A DNA stretch of 64,000 nucleotides from Eledone cirrhosa (Eukaryota), in NCBI GenBank assembly GCA_964016885.1, contig OZ024741.1, forward strand, positions 112,220,001-112,284,000. The letters are read 5' to 3'. The notes below the pieces were generated by a model, which had not been told where the DNA came from, made no database searches, and saw only the letters and a list, made by a program, of their open reading frames with translations. Within the stretch, counting starts at the first letter, position 1. Every line of letters starts with the position of its first letter. A program made the translations under genes and the position numbers. This document shows positions 16,633-32,900 of this stretch, one piece after another.

Positions 16633-16653
16633 GAGTTGAGATGGAGGGTCTGT

Positions 16654-16721
<68 letters not shown>

Positions 16722-16723
<2 letters not shown>

Positions 16724-16972
16724 AAACAAGCACCCAGTCCACACTGTAAAGTGGTCATGTAGGACTCATGACAAAAAGCACCCAGCACACATTGTAAATG
16801 TGGTTGGTGTAAGGTAGGGCATCCAGCTGTAGAAATCTAAAATCTAGTTCTGTATGAGCAGGATATGGTCACCTGACCCAGCCTGCCTCAAATAGGACAA
16901 CTCGCCTAACCCATGCTAGGGTGGAAGGTGGACGATAAACAACGACGACGACGATGATGATGATGATGATAA
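16722..16972 (+). mobile_element. 5'-truncated RTE-family 3' end
   Basis: Two CACCCAG..CACACTGTAAA units, GGGCATCCAGCTGTAG, and a (GAC/GAT)n tail. Confidence 0.8.
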
Positions 16973-17073
16973 TGGCTGACTGAATACACACGTGTTTTTT
17001 CTCAAAATTCTTTTTTTCTGTTTCTTCCTCTTTTCACTCTATTTTTCTATTTCATCTTTTATTTCTCATTCTA

Positions 17074-17110
17074 TCTTCTAATGAAGGGCTAGTCTCCGAA
17101 ACATTAAAAC
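17074..17110 (+). ncRNA. Degenerate minimal hammerhead ribozyme motif
   Basis: TCTT-CTAATGA-AGGGCTAGTCTCC-GAAAC-ATTA, with G5>A in the core. Similar to the motif at 63529. Confidence 0.4.
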
Positions 17111-17211
17111 TCTTTTCCTACTATATCAAGCATTAAACTAATATATTTTTTCATTGTGCTTATTTTCGTTTGCTTTTTGTATACACACACGCAGGCGCAC
17201 ACACACACACA

Positions 17212-17243
<32 letters not shown>

Positions 17244-17248
<5 letters not shown>

Positions 17249-17390
17249 TCATTTATTAAGGCTAAAAAGTTAGTCTTGTTACTCTGGGTTTTGCTTGTTT
17301 ATCTCAGGTTCATCAGATAACAGTTCTTCTGATAAATAGGTGAAACCCCAGAGTAACAAGATTCACTTCTTAGCCTTAAAAAATGAATAC
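17244..17390. repeat. Inverted repeat with ~60-bp arms containing hammerhead-like remnants
   Basis: GTATTCATTTATTAAGGCTAAAAAG...TTTATC pairs with GATAAATAGG...CCTTAAAAAATGAATAC. Confidence 0.75.
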
Positions 17391-17443
17391 TAAAACACTA
17401 CTTCGGTATTGAGTGCTCTTTTCTCTCGACTGTCAACCACATA

Positions 17444-18435
<992 letters not shown>

Positions 18436-19194
18436 GTGGTGTGTCAGACATATATATATACTCTTTTGCGTGTTCAAACCAACATGATTTTGCCAATAAA
18501 TATTCTCTGGAAAATGCTGTTCTTTTCATTGTACTGATCAAGATTGGTATTGTCTATTTGATTTTCTTCTAAGTGTAACTGTAGTTCTTTGTGAAATAAC
18601 AAATTTCAATTGGGAATAATCATATTCCAGTCAGAGCATACATTATCACATTATTAATATCTTTTTATTTTTTGTTTTTAGTTTCTATTGTTGTTTTGGT
18701 TTACAAACCTACAGAATATATGTGTTATGCATGAAGAAGTCTCTATATGTAGATGTATAGTGATTGTATATATGTTGATCTTTATCTTTTCAATGTGTGT
18801 ATGCATGTTTTAATGTATGTGTGTATGTCAGTTTAGCATTAAACTCGTGTATTTATTCATTATACTGTGTAATAACTTGCTTTGTTATTTCAGTTTACAT
18901 TTTGCATATATATATATATTTACATATATATATATATTTAAAAAAAGGAAAAGAATGACTTCACTTGTAGTGTTAACACTACAAGTGAAGTCATTCTTTT
19001 CCTTTTTTTAAATATACCTAACTGTACCAAGGATCTCACACATTTTCCAATATATATATATAAATATATATAATATATATATATAGAGAGAGAGACACAC
19101 ACACACACACACACACATACAGATATTGATTAGACATGGTTTTAACAAAAAGAAAAGCAAAACTAGAAACTGACATAATTTCAATTCTTGCCCC

Positions 19195-19504
19195 ACCCAT
19201 GCCCCTATACCATTCTCCCACTTCTGTCCCCACCACTCTTACACTGTAAAGTGGTCGTGTAGGTGTCACGACAAAAAGCACCCAGTCCACAATGTAAAGT
19301 GGTCATATATAAGTCATGACAAAAAGCAACCAGTACACACTGTAAATGTGATTGGCGTTAGGAAAGGCATCCAGCTGTAGAAATCTAGTCAGAAACAGTC
19401 CTATATGAACAAGACATAGCCACCTGACCCAACTTGCTTCTAATGGGACAATACTCGTCTAACCCATGCTAGCTTGGAAAATAAATACTAAATGATGATG
19501 ATGA

Positions 19505-19508
<4 letters not shown>
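19195..19508 (+). mobile_element. 5'-truncated RTE-family 3' end
   Basis: Three ~47-bp units, GGAAAGGCATCCAGCTGTAG, CCCATGCTAGC, (GAT)n. Confidence 0.8.
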
Positions 19509-19545
<37 letters not shown>

Positions 19546-20980
19546 CTAGCAGAATGGCCCGGCGTTGCTCGGGCCTTCTAAACATAGATTGGCATGTTTA
19601 TCCCTCCTTTATGAACCAGTACAGAGAAGTACGCATTACCTCGGCCTGGAGATGGTGTCTACATTTTGTGCTTAGGCAAATAATTTCCCATTAAGATTTT
19701 TCAAAACCATGTAATTGCGTACCCTCTCTTTTTTGTTGTTGTTTTTCCTGCTGTTGGTGTGAAAGCAGCCGTTGGTCATACTACTAACACAGTCTCGTCC
19801 TTCTTCAGCCAATCGTGTATATCGCCTTCTTCCTCGTTTACCTAAACAATGATTGTAGCACCTCCTTGTACACAATGTTCATTGTTCTTCCATGTCGGGC
19901 ATATGCAAAGAGATTTGTCTTGCTTCCCACTCTTGAGCAGCCAATGTATAGTTGCCGGTGTGAAAAACATGACTTTTCCAAAAGAAGACCAGCCACAGCT
20001 AGGGTCTGACCCTGGTATTTGTTGATAGACATTGCAAAGCTGACACGGTTCGGCGAATGGTTCGTTGGTTGTCTGTTTCAAGTGCTCTTCTGGTGGCAGT
20101 ACGTTCAGCATCTTGCGACCGTCGAATAGCAGATTCCACTGACGATTCGTTTGCCCGCCTTGTTCTTTTTCTTGCCGCTTTCACAGTATTTCGGCCAATC
20201 GAGTATCTCTTCCTTCGAGGCATGACCTAAAAGCAGGACGAAGTACACTAAGACTAACTGGTAGAGTAAGGAGTAAACTCGTCAGTGATGCATGGGATTT
20301 CCAAACCGTTGACTATGTAATGTGCCAAAAGTAGTGGGACTTTTTGGGTGGCATATCGGCAGTAACAATGACGATAAGCCGTCTGTGCTTTCGTGAAATA
20401 AATACGTTTGTTTATATTTTGTTATTGTGTATGCAAAAATATCTGTACACGAATATATAATTATAGATATATATATATTAAAATAACAGATTAAAGTTTA
20501 AGCAAAGAATCGCTGCTTTGACCCTTAAAGGGATCTTCTGAAACTAAAAAAATCAATCTGTGAACGCAGAAGTAAATATTTCAAAAAACGTTGCAACCGA
20601 AGGAAAACAGGGAGACAATACTTTGGTTCGTGAAGACGTTCCCTGGCAATGAACGGAAAATAGCAAAGATAATACGTCAGCAATGAGAACAATTTTTGTC
20701 ATAATGTCGTAATGCAGACAGATATTATAAGGGCGCGACGTTATAGCTATGTATCTATCTAAAAAGACAGACTAAGAAAGAGAGAGAGATCGATAACCGG
20801 CGCCTAACACCCCATTTAACAACAGAAAATTGAAAAATAAAAGCTGCAGTTAATATCTATAGACCGCAAGGAGTATATAAATGCAAGTTTGAAGTCAATC
20901 GGAGTAGAAATGTGGATTTGTATAGACTTTGCAAAAATTAGGACACACCCACGCACAGACAATTTCAGTTTTATATATAT
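19546..20980 (-). mobile_element. Non-autonomous Helitron with RepHel N- and C-terminal remnants
   Basis: 3' CTAG at 19546-19549, preceded on the minus strand by the hairpin GGCCCGAGCAACGCCGGGCC. Pif1 helicase C-terminus FAMSINKYQGQTL...FSHRQLYIGCSRV...NIVYKEVL (19838-20038). Basic N-terminus MPRRKRYSIGR (20223). The 5' end is approximate, lying in (TA)n. Confidence 0.9.
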
Positions 20981-21244
20981 GTATATATATATATATATAT
21001 CATCATCATCATCATAATCATCATCGTTTAGCGTCTATTTTCCATAAATATTAATAAGTAGCAGGAACGAAGTATCAATATAACATCATTGTTTATTCAT
21101 ATGTGACATATATATATATATCCATTTAGAGAGAGATTGGGAGTTACCAGTGTAGACTAGCAAGACCATGGTTCAACTAAGTATTTGATACTTGGGAAAG
21201 TAGAATGTAGGTATTGTAGACACAGAAAAAGAAGTTGCTAACGG

Positions 21245-21325
21245 CTGCTTCCAGGGATTGAATCATATCTCTTAGATTACCGGCCGAGTTCTCTAGCCAT
21301 CGATCTAAGGGACCCCTGACAACAT
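21245..21325 (-). repeat. tRNA-like Pol III unit related to the 10.7/51.5 kb repeat
   Basis: Minus strand: GGGGTCCCTTAGATCGATGG...GATTCAATCCC; compare GGGACCCCTTAGTGTAAAGG at 51702. Confidence 0.45.
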
Positions 21326-22039
21326 CTTACCAACAGAATTAAGGAGCTGAATTAACCAGTTTTTTGAAAATGTAAACAATCATTGTATGTGAATAAAGTT
21401 TAGAGATGTAGTATGTTCAGGTAGAGAAAATAACTGTAAGTACAGTTAGATGTAATAAAATAGAGTAAATGCCCATAACATACTTATCTTTCTTTAACTA
21501 TTGGTCCCTTATATTTCTGCAGAGTGGAGAAGGCTCTTTAGTTGGGAAAATAACTGAAGACTTCTTTATTGATGCTGCCAAGAAAATGCACATGTACACT
21601 CTGTAAAGTGGTTGGAGATTGGAAGAAACATCCGCTATAGAAACCATTACAAAATGGGTTGACAGGCTTCTTCACTGTGTCAATGTTACAACAGCCTGTC
21701 TTTTGTTGGTGATTTACATGATAAATGTACCCAGTACATGAGTAAAGTAGTTGGTGATAGTAATGGTATTCAGACGTAGGAAGCTGCCAAACAAAGGGCT
21801 AGGGGGACACTTCAGTTGTGACAAAAACATAACAACCTCTCTCGTGCTGGTGTCATGATAAAATGCATTAAGTGGGGCATGGGGCCATATGTGAGTTGCA
21901 GACCCCTAGCCTGCTGGAGAGCTCAGTAGGCCTGTTTGAGTATTGGCTTGGTTTGTGAAGATCCCTCCAACCCTTACTCGAACGGAAAACAGATATTAAA
22001 TGATGACTATGATGATGTAGTTCTCATTTGTTATTGAGA

Positions 22040-22101
<62 letters not shown>

Positions 22102-22176
22102 ATAAGGATATGTATACCTGTTTGTGTAGGTACAGTTATGTCTTGTGTATATATATATATAAGAGTATATATGTCT

Positions 22177-22222
<46 letters not shown>

Positions 22223-22609
22223 TGTATATATTATTAGGTGGATGTGAATATACATACACACATATATATATGAACACATGTGCACACACCTACAAAACCA
22301 CACACACATACATACTTACATGCATACACACATATAATCATACATATAACTTTACAATAAGTCAATAAAACACCTACAGCCTGCTACTTACACAGTTGTA
22401 AATACCACTGTAATTGTCAATATATCTTTAGTGTTCTTTTACTAAGATTTCCAATTCTGTTAGTTCCTCTAGGGACTGTAAACTTTCACAACTATGTACA
22501 GAATCTTAAAGAATAGAATCTCCTGTCTCTTGTCTTTAGAACCACAGAGAATGTTTCAATCGGAAGCTTCTGTCACTATTCCGCAGAAGGTACCTCTGTG
22601 GGTGTATGT

Positions 22610-23790
<1,181 letters not shown>

Positions 23791-24429
23791 ATTTGTGTGT
23801 TAATATGTCCATATGCACACACATATGCACTTGAATCTTGCAATGTCATTAGTATCTTCTATGCAGTTCAACAAGTTATCTATCATCCAGGTTATCTTTG
23901 CTGTGAATGGCAATTCTTCATTGCTTGCCGTATGATAACATGTTTTATAAGAAACTTCATCGACTTAATCAAATATTGGTTTGAGTGCTTTGTATCACAC
24001 ACAAATATATACACACATATGCACACACACACAGTCACATGCTCACCCATCTGCACACACACACATATATATATATATTACTTTAGTTTATCATAGAGTA
24101 ATATATAATTTGAGAAGGGTGGTGGGATGGAATGCGAAGTTAGCAACCTTACATTAATAAAAATTGCTACAGAAATGAAGAAAATCACTCAATTTTCCAT
24201 AGGGTGCAAAAAGAACTAAAAACATAGAGGGTGTACACCTTTCTTTGAGAATTTTCACCAAATCCTCTTCAGGCATTTACTATACAGATGCCTGAAGGTG
24301 TATCGAATGCAGTTATGTAAGATGTCAGACCATGAAACCCAAGGTTTTACAATAATTATAATATATTCCTTTGTCTCATTCTTCTTTCAGTATTGAACTC
24401 TTTGCTTTTGGTGTGATGTCTTATAAATG

Positions 24430-24670
24430 CTATCCTCCACTATAAATGTTCTTAATTATTTGTATACAAGTCTGATGTATTCCCTGATCAGTAAATGCTT
24501 CAAGCACAGCTTGTATTTCAGAGCTGTTGAAGGCTTTCTCATAATCAACGAAGCCTAAATACATGTTACTATTAAATCAACTGACATTTATCTCGAATAG
24601 CTGGTAAATGTGGAATATGTCCATATAGAGGAATAAAAACACAAATCCTAGCTGGCTGGTGTGCTTTTAG
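24430..24670 (-). pseudogene. Old LINE (RTE/BovB-like) RT fragment
   Basis: Minus translation MYLGFVDYEKAFNSSEIQAVLEAFTDQGIHQTCIQIIKNIY (FxDxxKAFD motif). Confidence 0.7.
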
Positions 24671-25469
24671 TAAATTAAATGACATCGGTAACATTAAGAT
24701 GTCTCATAGCCTATAGTGCAGAATGTTTGACCCACAAAGACTTATGGAGCAAAGACATAGTTGATGAACCCTGTTTGAACCTTGTTTCAGGTGAATTTAC
24801 TTTTGCACTCATAAAATGGGGGATTAGCTTTTATCACCTAATATTTGATTACAGTGAAAGGAAACATGGTACACATACTGATCATCATTAACTATTTGTA
24901 ATTTTTGGCATATTCTCAACTTGCAATTTTATTTTACTCTACTCCTACCCCTTACTGCATGTCCACAAATTTTACCTCTAAACCTACTTGATATATTTTC
25001 TTCACACTTATTTCTCTTTATTAAATTGTTGCTGATAAAAATTGCTTCTTTCTGGAAGTCCTGCTATGACATTAACCAAAAACAATTTACACTAAGCATC
25101 ATAATTCCATATATTTATTTATTCATACCTCACATTGTATTCATACTTTGATAGTTATTGTTTGGCCATCAGTAAATGAACTCTGTTTACTTTTTCATGA
25201 GTAGTCTTCTGCTAATTACACTCAGCATCTTGACAAGGGAGGATAACTGAAACTCAATGAATTGTTTAAGTAACAATAAAACTGATAGGTTCAATTGCTA
25301 TCCCAAGCTACCCAAAAAGGTCCGATATGGGCCTAAATTTACAGTAAGAGACAAAATAAGAACATGCTTAGGGCATCAAAAGAAGAAGGGCTCCCTTTTA
25401 TTCAAATTATATGTATTTGTCACCCTCCATCCACCAACCAAGTTTTCTGCAGATTTTGTATATAAGGGG

Positions 25470-25800
25470 AGGGGGGCATGCATAGTGGTTAGAGCACTGG
25501 ATTCGTGAGTGTAAGTAAGGTTGTGATTTCAATTCCAAGACTGAGCAGTGCATTGTGTTCTGAAGCAAGATATTTTATTACAGGCTGCATCAGTCCACTT
25601 AGCTGGCAAAATTGAGATTTATCTGTAATTCAAGATGCCAGTTTTGTCACACATTGTGTAATTCTGAATCTCCCTGGGAGCTAATATTAAGGGTGCACAT
25701 GTCTATGGAATACTCAGCCACTTGTACATAAATTTAATGAACAGACAGTTCTATTGATTTAATCAAATGCAGCACTCATTTGTGGAAACAATGGATGTCC
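25470..25800 (+). mobile_element. Degenerate tRNA/CORE-like SINE
   Basis: TAGTGGTTAGAGC A box, TTCAATTCC B box, TTGTGTTCTGAAGCAAGA core-like segment. Confidence 0.55.
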
Positions 25801-26565
25801 AACAATATATGGGTGGTATCATAATCTTGTCTAAGCTTAGGTCTCTAAAAGATTTAATTTGGCTCTGATGAAACTAAATACATAAAAATATTACTTTGTA
25901 TATATATTTATACATAACCACTGTCCAACTTTCTTACATCTGATCTTTAGTTGTGGCTCCATAAACAGCAGAGTTTGATTTTCTTTTTTCAGATTAATGA
26001 ATGCAAAATGTAAAAAAAAGTACAACAAAAATACATTTTTTGATATTTCTCTTTATGTTGGTATTTTGAATTCCCTAGATTTGAAGATTTAGCTAGAAAG
26101 ACTTGCTTCTTTTACCTGTGGAGGCAGGCCATCTAAGCATATAGTAGCTAGAGTAAGAAAGGTGTGAAAAAGTTCAGGAAGCTATTACTTCAGTTGGCAA
26201 TAAAGAGCTTTTCTCTTTGAGTGGAACATAGATTGTATGAAGCTAGTGTACAAAAAAGGGCATTCAACCATAGAAAGCAAGCTAGAAGTAGAGCCTACAG
26301 CAAGACATGGTCACCTGACTGTGACAGCCCATCTAACTTATTCAAGCATTGAATATAAATGGTGATAATGAATGAAGCATGGACATTAAATTTAGAGGAG
26401 ATATGCAAAGGTTGGAAAGAAATGATGCAAGCATGCTCTATTGAATGTGTAATGTCAAGAAGTATGCATGATGAAGCATGCATGAGGTAAGACAGAAAAT
26501 GGACATTAAAGGAATCAATTATAATGTTCAAGGGAGAAAACTATGTTGGTATATATACCAGATCA

Positions 26566-27289
26566 CAGGAAACTTTCCTTAGTTCTATGGTACCAGTCTG
26601 TATAATTCTACATGCTTAAATTTATCTAAAAATATTTCCTTGTAATTCTATGCAAGAATATTTAAGTTACACCTTCAACACTAGCTTGATAATGAGAAAG
26701 TTAGTTATATTACTAAATCCTTCCAAATCTTTCATTATTTTTAAAATGATTTAAAAATTATAGGTAGTGTTGATGATATATATGAAGAATGACAGCTGGG
26801 TGAAAAAGAGTCAAGCAATACAAGTGGAAGGAGCCTGAGGAAGAGGAAAACCAAACCAAGAAAAATATGTAAAGATGTGGTAAAAGGTTAATCTCATAAT
26901 GCAGAACATCAGCTAGGAAATGACAAGGATTAGATATAAATGGTAACATTCTTTGATAAAGCAGGCACATTCAACCATACCAATATAGAAAACGAAATCA
27001 AAAGGCTGCTGATGATATTTATATATCCTTTAATTTTATGCCAATAAAATAGGTAGTGCTGATGATGTTTATGTATCATTGGTACTGCCTATAATTTTAA
27101 AATAATTTAAAAAATAATGAAATATTTGGAAGGATTTAGTAATATAACTAACTTTCTCATTATCAAGCTAGTGTTGGAAATGTAACTTAACAAATATGCT
27201 TGCACAGAATTATCAGGAAAGATTTTTAGATAAATATAGGCGCATAGAATTATACAGACTTGTAACATAGAACTAAGGGAAGTTTCCTG
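26566..27289. mobile_element. Foldback/MITE with ~215-bp inverted arms
   Basis: 26566-26780 matches the reverse complement of ~27070-27289. Related fragments occur near 12030, 35460, 36930, 56750 and 59960. Confidence 0.8.
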
Positions 27290-27931
27290 TTGTCTGTTAT
27301 GAAAAGGATGAAACATGAACGTTACAAAACATTGTAGTTTATTCAAGGGTTGACTCTTGTTTTTGACAATAGTAAATAACGTCGATATTTTGAAATAAAG
27401 GAAATAAATAATCCATTCGTATTTACTGAATGATTCCTAATTTTTCCCTGTAGTCCTTTTCTGTCAAATATAATCATTTCATTCACGTAAGTTACATTCT
27501 TGAAAGCATGTGATATAAAGATGTGAATAGGAAATGGCTCCAGGCCATTAGAGGGGAAATCTATAAGCAATTTTGGTATTTCGCCTTCTTTAGCAGCAGA
27601 TCCACTTATTCCTCAACACCTGTAGGGTATCTATAATTCTCAAGGGTAAAACATACACAACTACAAATGTAGTTTGGTTCAATAAGAACTTACATAATTT
27701 TTCCATAATTATTATCAATGCTATTATTATTATTATTATTGGTCTAATCGGACGTCTTTTACTAGCTCCCAGTAAGTCGCTTTATTTGCCTGTTAAAATT
27801 ATTTGTTGTTAAATATTTCTTGTTGTGTAAGGGGACTTTACCCTGTGAAGGGGAAAATATAATATTTGGGCCTTTTGGCCCAAATATTTGAACATTATAC
27901 GTTTTAAAAAAAAAATTATTAAAAAAAAAAC

Positions 27932-29740
27932 ATGGCTGAGCCACGCTCCCCAGCAATATGTCTGCTGTCGTGTGACAACGGCGTAAAAGTTTAGAGGAGG
28001 GTTAGTGAAATTCATACAACAGACACCACCACAAACAACACTGAGAACACTAATTTTGAAAACATTACCACACCAACTACAACAATAACAGCGTCAACCA
28101 AAATACAGACAACAGAAAAAAATGACAACAAATGCAAGAATGATATTAACATCACTAACAAGAAAATAAACGAGAACACCAACAGCAACAATACAAATTG
28201 CATCGAAAACAACAACAACAACGGTGGCACCAAAAACACAACCAACTACAACAGTGATAACAGCAACAACACCAACAACACCGTTTGTAGCAGTAGCAAC
28301 AGCACCAACAAGACCAGTAGCAGCAGTAGTGGCAGCAATAATGGTGCCACTGAAAAAGGAGCCCCTTCTTTCGCAGGTGTGGCCCGAAATATAGAGACAG
28401 TGCTAGTCACGGAGGAGGAGATGGCAATCGCAAGAGCCATGGTGTCGAGAAACGACAATAGAGTTTCCCTGAAACCTCCACCCGATTTCTTCAAAGACCA
28501 GCAGCTGCGCACGGTGACTTACCGCACCGTAAGCAAGATGCCACATCTGGTGGAGAGAGCCACGGAGGCTCAAATCCCAAAGGCCTTGGGGTGCGTCTGG
28601 GCATGCAAAACCAACATCACCCGAGGCAAAAAGTACGCCACAGTAGACGTACCTTTCACCCCCCCCCCACCCCAAGAGACGAAGTCTCACTCTTTGGAAA
28701 TCCTAAAGAGTGAGGAGATAGTCTTGGTGCCCTCCTACTGCGGGCAGAGAATTGTGAGGGTCAAAGTGACCCAGGTCCCGCCGGACGTGCCCATACCTTG
28801 GCTGGCCGCGTCTGTATTGGCTGGAATCGAGGAAAAGACCACCATACTGCAAATACAGAGAATGGGAAGAGAGAACTGATCAGGAATAGGCATGCAAATG
28901 CTAATACAGACTGACCAGAGTGCATCGAGGCCATTCCAGACATCACAGACCTCGAAGAAGGGCTCCAACTCCCTATAAGCGTGGAAGGAAGGCGCCCAAA
29001 GTGCTATCTCTGTGGGCAGAAGGGGCACATCAGGGCCTTCTGCCCGAAAAAGATAGCCAAGAAGGGGGGCCCCACCCCCTCCTTCCGACGCCTGTATCGC
29101 TGCTACCAAGAGCAGGGCAGGCAACAGAAGCAGAAGATCCTTCTATGGTGAGTAGGAGGGCAACGTCCGTGGCACCTATACCAAGGCCACGGACAACTAA
29201 AGCAGCGGTAGCAGTGGCGGCAAAACCAACAGTCGCAGTAGCTACACCGGCGGTAAAATCTCTGGAGCGGGCTCCACTACCACCACCAACAGCAGTGGAG
29301 CTCATACCCCTCCCGGGCGCCCCAGGGTCCGACATGGAGTGTGAGGCGGGAGGGAAGTGGCAAATGGTCTGCCACAAAAAAGAAAAAACACCTAACTTCA
29401 CCCTCCAAAAGCGAAGGCAGACAAAGAGGGGTAAAGACTGCAAGGAGACTTGTAGCAACACCACCACCATCACCACAAGCATCACCACCAACAACAACCA
29501 CACCACCAACAGCATCACCAAAAACACCAGCATCGCAAACACAACAAAACACGCACACCCAACAGCAACAACAAGAAAACAACAACAACATTTCCCCTCT
29601 TCCCAAAAGGTACACAGGCATAAACATAGTGGCAAATAAAGAACTTACCACATATAAAGCGACACACAGACATCACAGAAAGAAACTACTACACCCCACC
29701 AACACCAAGAACTCTGCCGACAAACATAAGCATCATTGAA
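27932..29740 (+). pseudogene. Tx1 ORF1 (gag-like), frameshifted
   Basis: Asn/Thr/Ser low-complexity N-terminus, PSFAGVA, and zinc knuckle GRRPKCYLCGQKGHIRAFC (29002-29043). Boundaries are approximate. Confidence 0.7.
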
Positions 29741-29940
29741 ATCAAAATATAACATTACAAACTTTTAAAACAAAAATTCCCCAACACCGTTGGAGACTTC
29801 AGAGGGTCGGTTGCCAAGAGGATATAAACCGACATCCTCTTGGAAACACCCATGACCAGCCAAAAGGACAGTTCTACTGTCCCTTCACCACACAATCAAG
29901 GTAAGTGATCCTTTCTCACTTACCCCGTTTCTCATCCAAC

Positions 29941-32900
29941 ATGGCCGTACTTAGAATAGGCAGTATAAATGTACGTGCCCTGGGGTCATCTTGGAAGCAG
30001 GGTCTCCTGCTCAACGACCTCATGTCACTAAACATAGATGTGGTGGCCATCAGTGAGACCAGAATCTCCGAAGCGCGAGCCTTTGCACCGATCTTCGGCG
30101 GCTACGATGTATACGCATCTCCCAGCCGTCCAGGATCGGGGGGAGGGGTTGCCATGCTTTTTCGGAGAGGCTTGGATCTCGCCATACGGGCCATCTTCCT
30201 GGACCGAGAAGGTAAGTCGGTGGTGCTGGACGTGACCGGCAGCGAAGGCAATACTTTCAAGCTAGTAGCCGTCTACGCCCCAACAGGGCCAGGACGGCCA
30301 GATTTCTTCAGACGTCTAGAGAACTTTCTTGGAACGTCCCACTCTTTAGTGCTAGAGGCCGACTGGAACAGTATCTTAGATGCACGCTGGGATTATGTGG
30401 GGCTAGTAGACGGGGCAGGAGGGTGTAAAAGCCTCAACAACCTGCTCAGACGTTTTGAACTGTATGACAGGTATAGACTGGATTATCCGAATGTGGACAT
30501 GGGCAAACCGCATCGGGTCATCCAGATCGTATTTAGATAGGGTATTCTGTAGGGAAACAGATAAGGCTAGTGTAGGTTGTCCCCAATTTAAAGTAGTCAA
30601 CTACACGGACCACAAATTTGTTATCTGTGAAATTGACTTAGATAGACTACATAGGCAAGGGCCTGGCTACTGGAAGCTGAACGCGTCGTTCCCGGCGCAC
30701 AAAGCTTACAGAGACCGGATTAGCGAATTAGTTAAGCGTGCGTTGATGGGTGCGATCGTCAACAACAAGTGGTGGCTTACCCTGAAAAGGGCTATTAGAG
30801 TAGAATCGATAAGGTTTAGCAAAGGAGTAGTGATAGAAGAAAATAGAGTAGAGGGAGAGTTAGTTAGAAAGCTAAAAGAGGCGTTTAGGACAGGCATCGC
30901 AACCGGCGTGCTTGCGGCGAGATTGGAGCCTTGACCAATTCTTCAACGCAAAGCATGAATGCTGCGTTGTCAGAGCTAGAGCGCGTGCTCTAAGACACGA
31001 GGGGACGAAAGCCATTCAATGGGCGCGGGTGGTAGAGGCGCAACGTGGCAACAAGTCCACAATTCGGTCTTTGCCTGATCAAAAGGGGTGCATGTTGCTC
31101 GAACCCGAGCAGATGTGTGCGGCTTTTCAACAGCACTTTGCTCAATGGTTCGGGAGCGGCGGCGGGCCGGATGGGAGCATGGTCTTCGGTGCATACCTCG
31201 ACGCACTGCCGCGGCTCTCGACGACCGCATAACAGTGCTGCGAAAAGCCGATAACTGAAGGTGAAATACGGGAAGCGATGTCTGACTGCACCGGGGGTAA
31301 ATCGCCAGGTTTGGATGGTCTGCCCTACGAGCTTTATGCGTATATGCCTGACTTGTTCGGCAACCTCTTGGCAGATGTCTACTGCAACGGGCAGCAGAAC
31401 GGGAGCATTCCCAGTTTGTGAAATGGGGACCGGTGGTGCTGCTGAGAAAAAAACCCGAACAAGGAGGACGTTATAGACAACTTCAGGCCCATAACTCTGC
31501 TAAACTCAGACTTTAAGATTTTGGCCAAGATGTTACAAAGAGATTGGCACTTGTCGTCGGTGATCTGGTGTGAGAGGCGAGAGACATGTGCCATTCCGGA
31601 CATCCACAACAACCTCCATCTCATGCGATACATCATAGAGAGGGTGGTTAAGGAACCTGGCACGGGTGGGGCCCTGATCAACTTGGATCATCTAAAGCCT
31701 TTGATAGTGTCGACCATCGGTACCTGGCTGCGGTCGTCGAGGCGGCCGGCTTCGGGCCCGTTTTTAGGGGCTGGATCGTTGCGATGCACAGCGAAAACTG
31801 CTCGATTGTGAGAAGTGATTGGTCAGCTGTTGCAGCCTTTCAGCATCATGCGCTCGGTCCGCAATGGTTGCCCCCTCTCATCCCTCTTGTACGTACTGGC
31901 CCTAGAGCAGTTGCTGCACAAATTGGAGATGATGAGGGAGGTCCCACGCGAACTGGGATGCGGGAGATCCATGTCACCTTACGCCGACGACGTCACTGTG
32001 GTGATGTCGAGCACCAAACACGTACAGATGCTCGGCACCACTCTCAAGGAATACGAAGCGGTGACAGGAGAAAAGATAAACCAGGAAAACTCGGCACCTG
32101 GAGAGGCAAGTCCACGCCGTCCGACAGCGTCATGGGGCGCTGGACGGAAGGATCGGTTAAATTGCTTGGGGTCTGGTTCGGTCCGGACCTCCAGATTGAG
32201 AAAAACTGGAGCGAGGTGACGAACAGGGTGGCCTCTCTTACCCAGAAATGGGCAGAGAGAAGGCTGTCTCTGAAAGGTCGGGCAGAGGTGGCAAATGCGT
32301 ACATAGCACCTTACCGTCATACCTTGCCCCCGCCCAACTCTGACCAACATGGAGCGCCTTCTCTTCCGCTTTTTGTGTAAGGGACGTGTTCCCATGGTCA
32401 AACGATCCATTTGTTGTCAACACCCGTTGCGTGGAGGACTAGTCATGCTGTGGCTGATGTTGCGCAAACATGAGCTGAGGCTGCAACATCTCTGGTGCTT
32501 CCTTGACGGTGAACAGGTGTGGTCGCCGTTTGCCAGACACGCTTTTCCCCAGCTCGTCTCCTTGACGGAGCTGCAGTTCTGTATCAGGAAAAGACCGAGG
32601 GATAGCGCTTGGAAGCTGGAATGTCTCCAGGCGCTCACCGCCCTCTACCGTTGGGCACTAGTATCAGCGGAACATCCACCTCGGCGTCCTATAGAGGGCT
32701 AGTATAGGGAAAGAGCGACGACGTTCTCGGTGAGACCCTGGGCGTCGAAGACGATCAGCTGTTCGCTCTCTTCAAGAGAACTTTCAGACCGGGGCCTATG
32801 GACAACTTCCAGAAATCCCTGGCCTGGCAGTGCTACCGGGGAGCGTTGCCAGTTCGGGATAAGCTCTACAGGCACGGAGGTGCTGTCAGCCAAACCTGTC

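Noticed and set aside
27343-27640. Possible host exon (75-aa minus-strand ORF)
   Set aside because: No recognisable motif, and an in-frame stop next to the candidate acceptor.
29030-29739. Antisense and alternative-frame ORFs in Tx1 ORF1 and the RTEs
   Set aside because: Shadow ORFs of low-complexity or coding sequence.
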